The notes under the pieces are model-generated. The model saw only the letters and a list, made by a program, of their open reading frames with translations. It was not told the origin of the DNA and did no database searches. A DNA stretch of 64,000 nucleotides, taken from Anaeromyxobacteraceae bacterium. Its GTDB lineage: Bacteria > Myxococcota > Myxococcia > Myxococcales > Anaeromyxobacteraceae. A program made the translations under genes and the position numbers. The stretch is taken from NCBI GenBank assembly GCA_032654565.1, contig JAULAX010000017.1, positions 512,001 through 576,000 on the forward strand, written 5' to 3'. Positions 30,525 through 39,506 of this stretch are shown here, piece after piece; positions within the stretch are counted from its first letter, which is position 1; the number at the start of each line of letters is the position of its first letter.

Positions 30525-32410
30525 AGCTGCTGATCCTGCTCACCGCCCTCGCCGCCCCCGTCGGCCCGGAGGCCCCGCGCCTCACCAACGACGCCGCGCG
30601 GCCGCCGCCCGGCGACGCCCCCGCGCCGGGCGCCACCCGGCCCGCCCCCGCCCCGAGGGGCACGCCGGCCCAGCTGCTCCGCGCCGCCGGCTCGCCGCTC
30701 GGCGTCGTCGGCGGAAAGCACGACCTCTCCACCAGCGGCCCCGGCCCCTTCAAGTCGGACGTCGAGGCCAACGCCTGCGCCTTCTGCCACGTCCCCCACG
30801 GCATCCGCGCCGACGGCCGCCCCGACGAGTCCTCGCCCATCACCCCCTACGCCAGCTCCACCAGCCAGGCCAGGACCACGACGCGCCCCACCGGCTCGTC
30901 CCGCATCTGCCTCTCCTGCCACGACGGCACCATCGCCCTCGGCCAGACCCGCAAGCGGCTCATCCAGCTGCGGGCCAACGCCCCGGGCGGCCGGCTGCCG
31001 GCCGGCCACCGCGCCAACCTGGGCACCGACCTGCGCGGCACCCACCCCATCTCCTTCGTGCCCTCCCCGTCCCGCACCGCCCACCCGCCGCCGCCCGGCG
31101 ACGACGTGGCCCTCGACAAGCGCGGCGAGCTGCAGTGCATGGCCTGCCACGACCCGCACCGCGAGACGCTGCCGGCCACCGGCGAGGGGAACTTCCTGGT
31201 CAAGTCGACGCAGCGGGGCGCGCTCTGCCTCACCTGCCACGACGCGGCCCGGCTGGAGGCGCCCGACGGCGCCCACGTGGTCTCCACCGCCGCCATCACC
31301 GACCCCGCCTCGGGCCGGGCCACCACCCTCTCCGAGCTCCGCTGCGCCGCCTGCCACGTGCCGCACAACGGCGACAAGCGCGGCCGGCTGGTCCGCCCCT
31401 CCGACCAGGGGGACGACGCCATGTGCCTCGCCTGCCACGACGGCCGGGTGACCCGGCTGGACCTGGGCGCGGCGGTGCGGCGCCCCTTCGCCCACGCCGC
31501 GCCGATCTCCGGCCCCTCCGGCCACGACCTGGCCGAGGGGCCCACCAGGGCCCAGCCGCTGCCGGAGACCAGCCCGGGCGCCGCACGCCACGTCACCTGC
31601 GCCGACTGCCACGAGCCGCACCAGGCCACCGGCCGAAAGGCCTCGGTGGCCCCGGGGATCCAGGGGGCCATGTCCGGCGCCTGGGGCATCGACCGGAGCG
31701 GGGCGCGGGTCGACCCGGCCCGGTTCGAGTACGAGGTCTGCTTCAAGTGCCACGCCGACAGCGCCAACCAGCCCCAGGCGCGCGCCACCGTGGGGGCCAG
31801 CGCCCCCCGCCGGGCCTCGCTCGAGGTGAACCTGCGGCGCACCTTCGATCCCGCCGGCCCCTCGGCCCACCCGGTGCTGGGGCCCGGCCGCAACCCGACG
31901 GTCCCCAGCCTGATCCCGCCGCTCACCGGCTCCTCGGTCATCTACTGCAGCGACTGCCACGCCTCCAACGACACCCGGGCCAGCGGCGGCGCCGGGGCGC
32001 GGGGGCCGCACGGCTCCATCTACCGCCCGCTGCTGGAGCGGAACTACGTCACCCAGGACGGCACGCCGGAGGGGCCCGACGCCTACGCCCTCTGCTACAA
32101 GTGCCACCAGCGCGACACCCTGCTCTCGACGCGCTCCTCCTTCCCGCTCCACGCCACCCACGTCTCGCCGGGCCCGGCGGCGAAGCTGGCCACCGCCATC
32201 CCCACCCCCTGCTCGGTCTGCCACAACGCCCACGGCGTCTCGTCGCTGGTGGGCAGCCCGTCCGCCAACGCCCACCTCATCGACTTCGACCTCAACGTGG
32301 TCAAGCCGTTGCCGGGGGAGGCCGCTCCGCGCTACACCGCCACCGGGGCGCGCGGCGGCTCCTGCGCCCTGACCTGCCACGGCCAGGCGCACCGCTCGCT
32401 CTCCTACTGA
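30521..32410 (+). CDS. Multiheme cytochrome c (11 CxxCH + 1 CxxxCH) with N-terminal OmcE-like module
   Basis: KHDLS...CAFCHVPH...CLSCHDG...NLGTDLRGTHPISF...CMACHDPH...LCLTCH, then 8 further motifs ending CALTCH. Confidence 0.9.
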   Translation: MKLLILLTALAAPVGPEAPRLTNDAARPPPGDAPAPGATRPAPAPRGTPAQLLRAAGSPLGVVGGKHDLSTSGPGPFKSDVEANACAFCHVPHGIRADGRPDESSPITPYASSTSQARTTTRPTGSSRICLSCHDGTIALGQTRKRLIQLRANAPGGRLPAGHRANLGTDLRGTHPISFVPSPSRTAHPPPPGDDVALDKRGELQCMACHDPHRETLPATGEGNFLVKSTQRGALCLTCHDAARLEAPDGAHVVSTAAITDPASGRATTLSELRCAACHVPHNGDKRGRLVRPSDQGDDAMCLACHDGRVTRLDLGAAVRRPFAHAAPISGPSGHDLAEGPTRAQPLPETSPGAARHVTCADCHEPHQATGRKASVAPGIQGAMSGAWGIDRSGARVDPARFEYEVCFKCHADSANQPQARATVGASAPRRASLEVNLRRTFDPAGPSAHPVLGPGRNPTVPSLIPPLTGSSVIYCSDCHASNDTRASGGAGARGPHGSIYRPLLERNYVTQDGTPEGPDAYALCYKCHQRDTLLSTRSSFPLHATHVSPGPAAKLATAIPTPCSVCHNAHGVSSLVGSPSANAHLIDFDLNVVKPLPGEAAPRYTATGARGGSCALTCHGQAHRSLSY

Positions 32411-32443
32411 CCCGGCGCGCCGTCCCCGGCGCCGGTCACCGAG

Positions 32444-33670
32444 GTGAAGGTGCGGATCGCCGTCTTCACGGGTCACTTCCACCCCCACGTCGGCGGGGTG
32501 GAGCGGTACGCCCGCGCCCTCTTCTCCCGCCTGGCGAGGCGCGGCCACGCCGTGGCCCTGCTCACCTCGGCGGCCGGCGGTGGCCCGCCGCTGGAGACCG
32601 TGGACGGGATCGAGGTGGTCCGGCTGCCGGTGCTGCCGCTCTTCGACGCCCGCTTCCCGGTGCCGCTCCCCGGCCCCCGGCTCTGGCGCGGGGTGGCCGG
32701 GCTGCGCCGCTTCGCGCCGGAGGTGGTGGTCACCAACACCCGCTTCTTCCCGGCCAGCTGGCTCGGCACCTGGTTCGCCGACGCCGCGGCCCTGCCCCAC
32801 CTGCACGTCGAGCACGGCTCCGGCCACGTCCGGCTGGGCAGCCCGCTCGCCGACCGGCTCGCCGCCGCCGTCGACCACGGCCCGGGGCGCTGGGTGGTCC
32901 GCCGCGCCACCCACTGCGTCGGCGTCTCCGGCGCGGTGGTCGACTTCCTCGCCCACCTGGGGCGGCCCGGCGCCGGCCTGCTCCCCAACGGCGTCGATCT
33001 CCCGGAGCCGGGCGGTGAGCCGGGTGATCCGGGCGGTGCGCGGCGCGACCCGGGCCACGACCCGCGAGTCCGCGAGCAGGTGCGGGCCCGGCTCGGGGTC
33101 GGGCCGGAGGAGCCGCTGGCCCTCTACGCAGGCCGCGTCACCGCCGACAAGGGGGCGCTGGTGCTGCTCGACGCCCTGGCCCGGGTGCCCGGGCTCCACC
33201 TGGCGGTGGCCGGCGACGGCGAGGCCCTGCCCGAGCTGCGCCGGAGCGCCGCCCGGCTCCCCCGCCTCCACCTGCTCGGCCAGGTGGCGCCGGACGAGGT
33301 GGGCCGGCTCCTGGCCGCCGCCGATCTCTTCGTCCACCCGTCCTGCTGCGCCGAGGGGCTCCCCGGCGCCATCCTCGAGGCCGCCGCCGCCGGCCTGGCC
33401 ATCGTCGCCACCCCGCAGGGGGGGACGGTCGAGGTGGTCCGCTCCCCCGGCCACGGCCTGCTGGTGCCCCCCGGCGACGCCGCGGCGCTGGCCGCCGCCA
33501 TGGCCCGGCTGGTCGACGACCCGGCGCTGCGGGCCCGGCTGGGGGCCGAGGCCAGGCGGGTGGTGGCCGAGCGGTTCACCTGGGACCGGATCGCCGGACT
33601 GGCCGAGGCCGAGCTGCAGTCCCTGGTCGACGCCGCCGGTGCCGGTGGTGGCCGGCCTCCACGTTCCTGA
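32444..33670 (+). CDS. GT4 glycosyltransferase
   Basis: GGVERY, PNGVD, GRVTADKG, EGLPGAILEAAAAG, FTWDRIA. Confidence 0.92.
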   Translation: MKVRIAVFTGHFHPHVGGVERYARALFSRLARRGHAVALLTSAAGGGPPLETVDGIEVVRLPVLPLFDARFPVPLPGPRLWRGVAGLRRFAPEVVVTNTRFFPASWLGTWFADAAALPHLHVEHGSGHVRLGSPLADRLAAAVDHGPGRWVVRRATHCVGVSGAVVDFLAHLGRPGAGLLPNGVDLPEPGGEPGDPGGARRDPGHDPRVREQVRARLGVGPEEPLALYAGRVTADKGALVLLDALARVPGLHLAVAGDGEALPELRRSAARLPRLHLLGQVAPDEVGRLLAAADLFVHPSCCAEGLPGAILEAAAAGLAIVATPQGGTVEVVRSPGHGLLVPPGDAAALAAAMARLVDDPALRARLGAEARRVVAERFTWDRIAGLAEAELQSLVDAAGAGGGRPPRS

Positions 33671-33759
33671 GAGCCTGCGGCGCGTTCACCCGGCGCCCGC
33701 CTTTGGGCTATGGTTCGGCCCGCCGACCCACCCGATTCGCCAGCGGAATCACAGGTTCC

Positions 33760-34467
33760 ATGCCCGCCCCCACCCGGCTGCTCGTCGTCATCCCCGCCTT
33801 CAAGGAGGCCGCCCGGATCCGCGCCGTGGTCGCCGCGGTGCGGGCCCAGGTGACCGCCGAGGTGCTGGTGGTGGACGACGGCTCCCCCGACGCCACCGCC
33901 GCCGAGGCCCTCGCCGGAGGCGCCATCGTGGCCTCGCACGCCGTCAACCTGGGGTACGGCTCGGCGCTGCAGACCGGGTACCGCTACGCCCTCCGCCACG
34001 GCCACGACGCCGTGCTCCAGCTCGACGCCGACGGCCAGCACGACCCGGCCTCGATCCCGGCGCTGCTGGCGGCGCTGGCCACCCACGACGTGGTGGTGGG
34101 GTCGCGCTTCCTGCACCCGGGCTCCTACCGGCCGCCGCTCTCGCGTCGGCTCGGCATGGGGCTCTTCGGCGCCATCGCCAGCCAGCTCTCCGGCCAGCGG
34201 CTCACCGACCCCACCAGCGGCTTCCAGGCCATCTCCCGCGGCGCCCTCGAGTTCTACGCCAACGACCGCTGGCCGCACGACTACCCGGACGCCGACGTGC
34301 TGGCCATGGTGGCCCGCGCCGGCCTGCGGCTCACCGAGGTGCCGGTGCGCATGCTCTCCTCGCCGGACGGCAAGAGCATGCACGGCGGGCTGCTCCGGCC
34401 CCTCTACTACATCTTCCGGATGACCCTCGCCCTGGCGCTGGTCCCCCTGCGGAACGAACGGCCATGA
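33760..34467 (+). CDS. GT2 polyprenol-phosphate glycosyltransferase (DPM1-like)
   Basis: VIPAFKE, VDDGSPD, NLGYGSALQTG, LDADGQH, DPTSGF. Confidence 0.9.
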   Translation: MPAPTRLLVVIPAFKEAARIRAVVAAVRAQVTAEVLVVDDGSPDATAAEALAGGAIVASHAVNLGYGSALQTGYRYALRHGHDAVLQLDADGQHDPASIPALLAALATHDVVVGSRFLHPGSYRPPLSRRLGMGLFGAIASQLSGQRLTDPTSGFQAISRGALEFYANDRWPHDYPDADVLAMVARAGLRLTEVPVRMLSSPDGKSMHGGLLRPLYYIFRMTLALALVPLRNERP

Positions 34468-34868
34468 CCCCCACCCAGCGCATCTTCGCCATCGTCACCT
34501 CGATCTCCACCTTCCTGGTGGTGATGGAGCTGATCCGCCGCCGGCGCCTGCGCGAGGAGTACGCCCTCCTCTGGGTGCTGACCACCGCCGGCATGATGGT
34601 GCTGGCCACCTGGTACGGGCTCATCGAGTGGATCACCCAGGCCATCGGGGCGGTGGCGGTCACCACCACCATCTTCCTCTTCGCCCTGCTCTTCCTGCTC
34701 CTCATCAGCGTCCACTTCACCACCGTGCTCTCCCGCCTCACCGTGCAGGTGCGGCGGCTGACCCAGGAGCTGGCCATCCTGCAGGCCGAGCGCGGACCGG
34801 CCACCCCGCCCGCCGCGCCCTCCACGCCCTCCGGGGGGCCGGCCGCCGGCCCGGAGCGCCGTTCGTGA
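34464..34868 (+). CDS. DUF2304-like small membrane protein
   Basis: LIRRRRLREEYALLW...LSRL...RRLTQELAIL; overlaps the GT2 stop. Confidence 0.8.
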   Translation: MTPTQRIFAIVTSISTFLVVMELIRRRRLREEYALLWVLTTAGMMVLATWYGLIEWITQAIGAVAVTTTIFLFALLFLLLISVHFTTVLSRLTVQVRRLTQELAILQAERGPATPPAAPSTPSGGPAAGPERRS

Positions 34869-37348
34869 ACCCCTTGATGAAGCCGCTGGACCGACGCTGG
34901 CTGGTGGCCGCGGCGCTGCTGACCGCCGCCCTCGGGTTCCTCGCCTACCTCACCGAGGTGCGCGACCCCGACATGTTCCACCACATGGCCTACGGGCGGG
35001 ACATCGCCCAGCACGGCCTGCGGGCCGAGGAGCCCTTCCTCTTCCCGCTGCGGGGCACCGCCACCGGGCCCATGCCCTACTGGCTCGGCAGCTTCGTCAT
35101 CTACCTGTGGGCCTCCGCCTTCGGCGACGGGGCCATGGCCTGGTTCTCCGCCGTCTTCGGGGCCCTGCTGGCGGTGGTGCTGCTCCTCGACTCCCGGCCG
35201 CGGCGCGGCCCCTGGACCGTCAGCTCGCTGCTGGCCACCGCGGCGGTGCTGGTGCCGCTGCTCGCCTTCGGCCGCTACCGCGCCTTCGCGCGCCCGGAGC
35301 TGCTGGCCACCGTGCTGCTGGCGGTGGTGATGTGGTCGATCCGCCGCTTCGAGGAGGGGCAGCCGCGCCGGCTCTACGCCCTGCCGGTGCTGGCCGTGCT
35401 CTGGACCAACCTCCACCCCTCGGTCCCGGTGGCGGTGGTCCCCCTCGGCGTGATGATCGCCGTCGGCCTGGTGGTCCACGCCCTGCGCCGCCTCACCGGG
35501 CGCCCGCTGCAGGAGACGCCGCCCCTCCACTCCCTGGGGCTGGCCACCGCGGTGGGCGCGGCCACCCTGCTGGCGGCGCTGCTCTCGCCGTCGCCGTTCA
35601 ACCCGCTCATCACCTCGCTCCGCTTCGCCCTCTCCAGCCTCGGCATCGAGAACATCGGCCCGGCCGCCCAGGAGTCGGTGGAGCGGATGCTCCCCTTCGC
35701 CAAGCGGATGGTGCTGGAGATGCAGCCGCTCGACTGGAGCGCGCTCAACGACACCTTCGGGGTGGTGCTGGCCATCACCGCCGTCGGCTTCCTCGCCAAC
35801 CTGCGGCGGCTGCGCTGGCGGGAGCTGGTGACGGTGCTGGCCTTCGCCTACCTCGGCTTCAACGCCGGCCGCTTCGCGGTGATGCTGGCGGTGGTGGCCG
35901 CCCCCATCACCGCCCGCAACCTCGGCGAGGCGCTCGAGGAGCTGCCGGAGCGCTGGGTGGCCGGCTGGGCGCGCCCGGCCGCCGCCGCCGCCCTGCTGGC
36001 CGGCACCATCGCCGGCTGCGCCTGGTTCCCGGTGCCCAGCGTGGTCCGCTTCGGGACCTCGCTGCGGGCCTACGCCTTCCCGGTCCGCGCCGTCGACTAC
36101 CTGCTGGCCAATCGCTTCGATGGGCCCATCTTCAACACCTTCCACTTCGGCGGCTACGTCGAGTGGCGCACCAACCGGATGACCTTCCAGGACGGCCGCG
36201 GGCTCATCGTCCCCGGCGAGGAGGACGCCTCGGTGAGCGGGCCGCAGAACTACGGCCTCTTCTACGGGCTCGACCGGAAGTACCGCTTCGAGGCGCTGGT
36301 GGTGAACTACCCGCAGCCCGACCCGGCCGCGGCGGCGTCGCTGGCCGCCGCCAACCCCGAGGCCGACTGGGGCGCCGACCGGCGCTTCTGGGCGCTGGTG
36401 GCCTTCGACGACGGGGGGATGCTCTACCTGCGCCGCGACGGCCGCTACGCCTCGCTGATCGAGCGGGACGAGTTCCGCCTGGTCCGCCCGGCCAACAGCT
36501 ACCTCAACGTCCCGAGCGGGCAGGCACCGCAGTTCCTCGGCGAGCTCCGCCGCAGCGTCGCCGCCGCCCCCGGGTGCGTGCGCTGCCGGCAGCTGCTCGG
36601 CGCCACGGCCATGTCCATCGGCGCCTGGGACGAGGCCTGGAACGCCGTCTCGCCGCTGCTGAAGGGGAGACCGGTCCCCGAGCAGTCCGGCGCCATGCTG
36701 GTGGCGGCCCAGGCCGCCGAGGGGCTGGGGCTGCTCGACGAGGCCACCGCCACCTACCGGCAGCTCATCCAGCTGGGCCAGGAGGCCGGACCGGCGCGGC
36801 GGGCCCTGACCCGGCTGGCCCTGAAGCGCGGCGACGCCACCGAGGCCACCCGGGTGCTGGCCCCGCTGATCGCCGGCGGCGGCACCGACCCGGCCGACGT
36901 GGCGCTGGCCATCGAGGTGGCCCGGGCCGCCAACCGGCCCGCCGAGGTGGCGGCCTGGACCGCCCGGCAGCAGCGGCTGCAGACCGAGCTGCTGGCCATG
37001 CAGTACCACGACAAGGGCATGTCCTCGGCCAACCAGGGGAACCTGCAGGCCGCCATCACCTGGTACGAGGCGGCGCTGGGGGTGAGCGAGACCCCCCAGG
37101 TCCGCTCCGCGCTGGGGCGGGTCCTCCACGATCTCGGCCGCTACGCCGAGGCCGAGGCCCAGCAGCGGCGCGCCATCGCCGTCGGACCGGGCTACGCCAT
37201 GGCCTGGTACGGCCTCGGCGACACCCTGGGCGCCCGCGGCGACCGCGCCGGCGCCGCCGCCGCCTACCGCCGCTTCATGGAGCTCGAGCCCTCCGGCTTC
37301 TGGTCGGCCAAGGCCAAGCAGTCGCTCGACCGGCTGGAGCGGCGCTGA
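34865..37348 (+). CDS. Polytopic membrane protein (probable GT-C) with C-terminal TPR repeats
   Basis: DPDMFHHMAYG, ARPE, LWTNLH, FGGYVEW..FQDGR; many TM helices; TPR-like AWYGLG...AAAAYRRFMELEP. Confidence 0.7.
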   Translation: MNPLMKPLDRRWLVAAALLTAALGFLAYLTEVRDPDMFHHMAYGRDIAQHGLRAEEPFLFPLRGTATGPMPYWLGSFVIYLWASAFGDGAMAWFSAVFGALLAVVLLLDSRPRRGPWTVSSLLATAAVLVPLLAFGRYRAFARPELLATVLLAVVMWSIRRFEEGQPRRLYALPVLAVLWTNLHPSVPVAVVPLGVMIAVGLVVHALRRLTGRPLQETPPLHSLGLATAVGAATLLAALLSPSPFNPLITSLRFALSSLGIENIGPAAQESVERMLPFAKRMVLEMQPLDWSALNDTFGVVLAITAVGFLANLRRLRWRELVTVLAFAYLGFNAGRFAVMLAVVAAPITARNLGEALEELPERWVAGWARPAAAAALLAGTIAGCAWFPVPSVVRFGTSLRAYAFPVRAVDYLLANRFDGPIFNTFHFGGYVEWRTNRMTFQDGRGLIVPGEEDASVSGPQNYGLFYGLDRKYRFEALVVNYPQPDPAAAASLAAANPEADWGADRRFWALVAFDDGGMLYLRRDGRYASLIERDEFRLVRPANSYLNVPSGQAPQFLGELRRSVAAAPGCVRCRQLLGATAMSIGAWDEAWNAVSPLLKGRPVPEQSGAMLVAAQAAEGLGLLDEATATYRQLIQLGQEAGPARRALTRLALKRGDATEATRVLAPLIAGGGTDPADVALAIEVARAANRPAEVAAWTARQQRLQTELLAMQYHDKGMSSANQGNLQAAITWYEAALGVSETPQVRSALGRVLHDLGRYAEAEAQQRRAIAVGPGYAMAWYGLGDTLGARGDRAGAAAAYRRFMELEPSGFWSAKAKQSLDRLERR

Positions 37349-37354
37349 CCGGCC

Positions 37355-37909
37355 TCAGCCCCGCGGCGCCTGCTGGTGGCGCGTGTGGCAGCGCAGGCAG
37401 AGGTCGCTGAACCCGAAGCGCAGGCCGGACCGGTGGCGCTTCAGGTCGTGGGGATCGTGGCAGGTGTGGCAGGCCACCTTGCCGCCGGGGAGCAGCGGCA
37501 GGTCGCGGGCCGGGGTCGCCTGCACCACGTCGACCGGGTGGTTGGCGTGGCCGAAGGCGTGGCAGCTGACGCAGAGCGCGATGGCCCCGCTGGTCAGGCC
37601 GGCGTCACCGGGCAGGTGACAGCGCTGGCAGAGCGGCCGGCCGAGGTAGGCGTGCGGGTTGCGCACCGCCGCCACCTGTGACTCCGGGTACGGCGTGAAC
37701 TCGACCCGTGGCCGGCGCGGACCGAACAGCCCGGCGCACCCGGCCACCGACCCCAGCGAGCCGAGCAGCCCGAGCGCCACCAGCCAGCGCCCCGCCACCG
37801 ACCACCCCGCCCGGCGGAGCGGCCCGGGATCGAGGGCCGCAGAGGCGTCCGCCGTGGGCGCGGGGCCCTCGGCCGGCGCGGCGGTCCTGGCGGTGGAGGC
37901 GGCGGTCAT
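37355..37909 (-). CDS. Small tetraheme cytochrome c, probable lipoprotein
   Basis: Hydrophobic stretch ending VAGC; CQRCH, CVSCH, HPV, CHTCHDPH, CLRCH; start uncertain. Confidence 0.85.
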   Translation of the reverse strand: MTAASTARTAAPAEGPAPTADASAALDPGPLRRAGWSVAGRWLVALGLLGSLGSVAGCAGLFGPRRPRVEFTPYPESQVAAVRNPHAYLGRPLCQRCHLPGDAGLTSGAIALCVSCHAFGHANHPVDVVQATPARDLPLLPGGKVACHTCHDPHDLKRHRSGLRFGFSDLCLRCHTRHQQAPRG

Positions 37910-38085
37910 GGTGGGGTGCTCACGAGGCGGCGGAGGGCGGCCGGGCGACGTGGGGCACGGTAGCACGACCGGGCAGCCGCGGCTCCGGGACGGCCTGGAA
38001 GGACGCCGTGCTTCCGCCCACGCTGGTGAATGGTTGCTTTCCATCGGAGCGCCGCTTCCCCCGCTGCGTGCTAGATTCCCGCCCG

Positions 38086-38436
38086 ATGCGGGACCGGCTC
38101 ACCATCCTCAACGCCTTCATCCACGACGTCGCCACCGGCACCTGGATCGGCACGCTCATCCTCCTCACCATGCTCCACCGCGAGACGCAGCGGCCGGCCT
38201 GGTTCCTGGCCTCGCCGCTGGTCCCGGGGCTGGAGCGGAAGTTCCTGGTGGTCACCTGGGTGAGCCTGGCCGTCATCATGGCCACCGGGGTGGTCCGCAT
38301 GGTCACCTGGAAGGTCTTCGGGTGGACCGGGGACATGGAGCGGAGCCGCATCCAGCTCCTCAAGGTGAAGCACGCGCTGCTCGGCGTGGTCTTCGCCGCC
38401 GGCACCGTGTACCAGTTCATGCTGGTCTATTCGTGA
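38086..38436 (+). CDS. Small 3-TM membrane protein (CopD-like pattern)
   Basis: FIHDVATGTWIG...ATGVVR...LLKVKHALL. Confidence 0.6.
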   Translation: MRDRLTILNAFIHDVATGTWIGTLILLTMLHRETQRPAWFLASPLVPGLERKFLVVTWVSLAVIMATGVVRMVTWKVFGWTGDMERSRIQLLKVKHALLGVVFAAGTVYQFMLVYS

Positions 38437-39506
38437 GCCTCGGCCACACCCTTCGACGCGCCCCCCGGCTGGCGTCGGTGCTCTGGCGGCTGCGGCGCGG
38501 GCGGCTCACCTTCGCCAGCGTCAACCTGCTCAACCGCTGCAACCAGGCCTGCCCCATGTGCGCGGTCCACGGCGGCCCCGACGTCCAGCTCCCGCTGGCC
38601 GACCTGGAGCGGGCCTTCGAGGCCCTGGCGGCGGGAGGCCTGAAGGTGGTCGAGCTGTCGGGGGGCGAGCCCTTCCTGCGGCGCGACCTGGCGGCGGTGG
38701 TGGCGGCCCTCGACGCCCGGGGCCTGCTCTACTCGTTCAACACCAACGGCACCGCCATCGACGAGGTCGGGCTGGGGGCGCTGGCCGGCGGGCGGGGGCT
38801 GCTGCAGGTGGCGATGAGCCTCGACTCGCTCGACCAGCAGCGCTACCGGCTGCTGCGCGGGCGCGACCTGCTCTGGCAGGCGCTGCGGGGGCTGGATCGG
38901 CTCCTCGCCGCCCTGCCCGCCACCACCCTCAAGCTCAACATGGCGCTGAGCCGGCACAACCACGCCGAGGTGGACGACCTGCTCGACTTCGCCGGGAGGC
39001 GGGGGATCTTCCTCTCGGTCTTCCCGGTCAACCAGGGGCCCGGCGTCCACCGCAGCGACGGGGAGACCTTCGCCGCCTCCGGCGCCGAGCGCGAGGCCAT
39101 GGCCGCCACCTTCGAGCGGCTGGCGGGGCTGCGACGGCGTGGGGCGCCGCTCTGGGAGCCGAGCGCCTTCTACCGGGCGGCCGCCGCCTACCTGCGCGGC
39201 GGCCCCAACGGCCGCTGCGGGGCCGGCCGGCTCTACCTCGACGTGCGCGCCGACGGCACCGTGGCCCCCTGCGTCGACCTCCCCTCGGTGGCCACGCTGG
39301 ACGACCTGGTGGCGGGGCGGGCCTGGGCGGCCCTGGAGGCGGCCCAGCCGGCCGTGGACCGCTGCCGGGCCACCACCCCCTGCTGCTACACCTGCACCGT
39401 CAACCTGGCCGAGACCGGCCGCCACCCGCTGGCGGTCGCCGCCGAGACGGCGCTGGTGCTGCTGCGCGCCGCCGGCCGGCGCGGCGACGACGAGCAGCTC
39501 CCGTGA
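38433..39506 (+). CDS. Radical SAM protein with Cys-rich (SPASM/twitch-like) C-terminus
   Basis: RCNQACPMC, SGGEPFLR, NTNGT, SLDS, CGAG...DGTVAPC...C...CCYTC. Confidence 0.88.
   Translation: MSLGHTLRRAPRLASVLWRLRRGRLTFASVNLLNRCNQACPMCAVHGGPDVQLPLADLERAFEALAAGGLKVVELSGGEPFLRRDLAAVVAALDARGLLYSFNTNGTAIDEVGLGALAGGRGLLQVAMSLDSLDQQRYRLLRGRDLLWQALRGLDRLLAALPATTLKLNMALSRHNHAEVDDLLDFAGRRGIFLSVFPVNQGPGVHRSDGETFAASGAEREAMAATFERLAGLRRRGAPLWEPSAFYRAAAAYLRGGPNGRCGAGRLYLDVRADGTVAPCVDLPSVATLDDLVAGRAWAALEAAQPAVDRCRATTPCCYTCTVNLAETGRHPLAVAAETALVLLRAAGRRGDDEQLP

Noticed and set aside
33000..33070. Short degenerate repeat inside the GT4 gene (PEPGGEPGDPGG...DPGHDPR)
   Set aside because: In-frame low-complexity loop insertion with no evidence of function.
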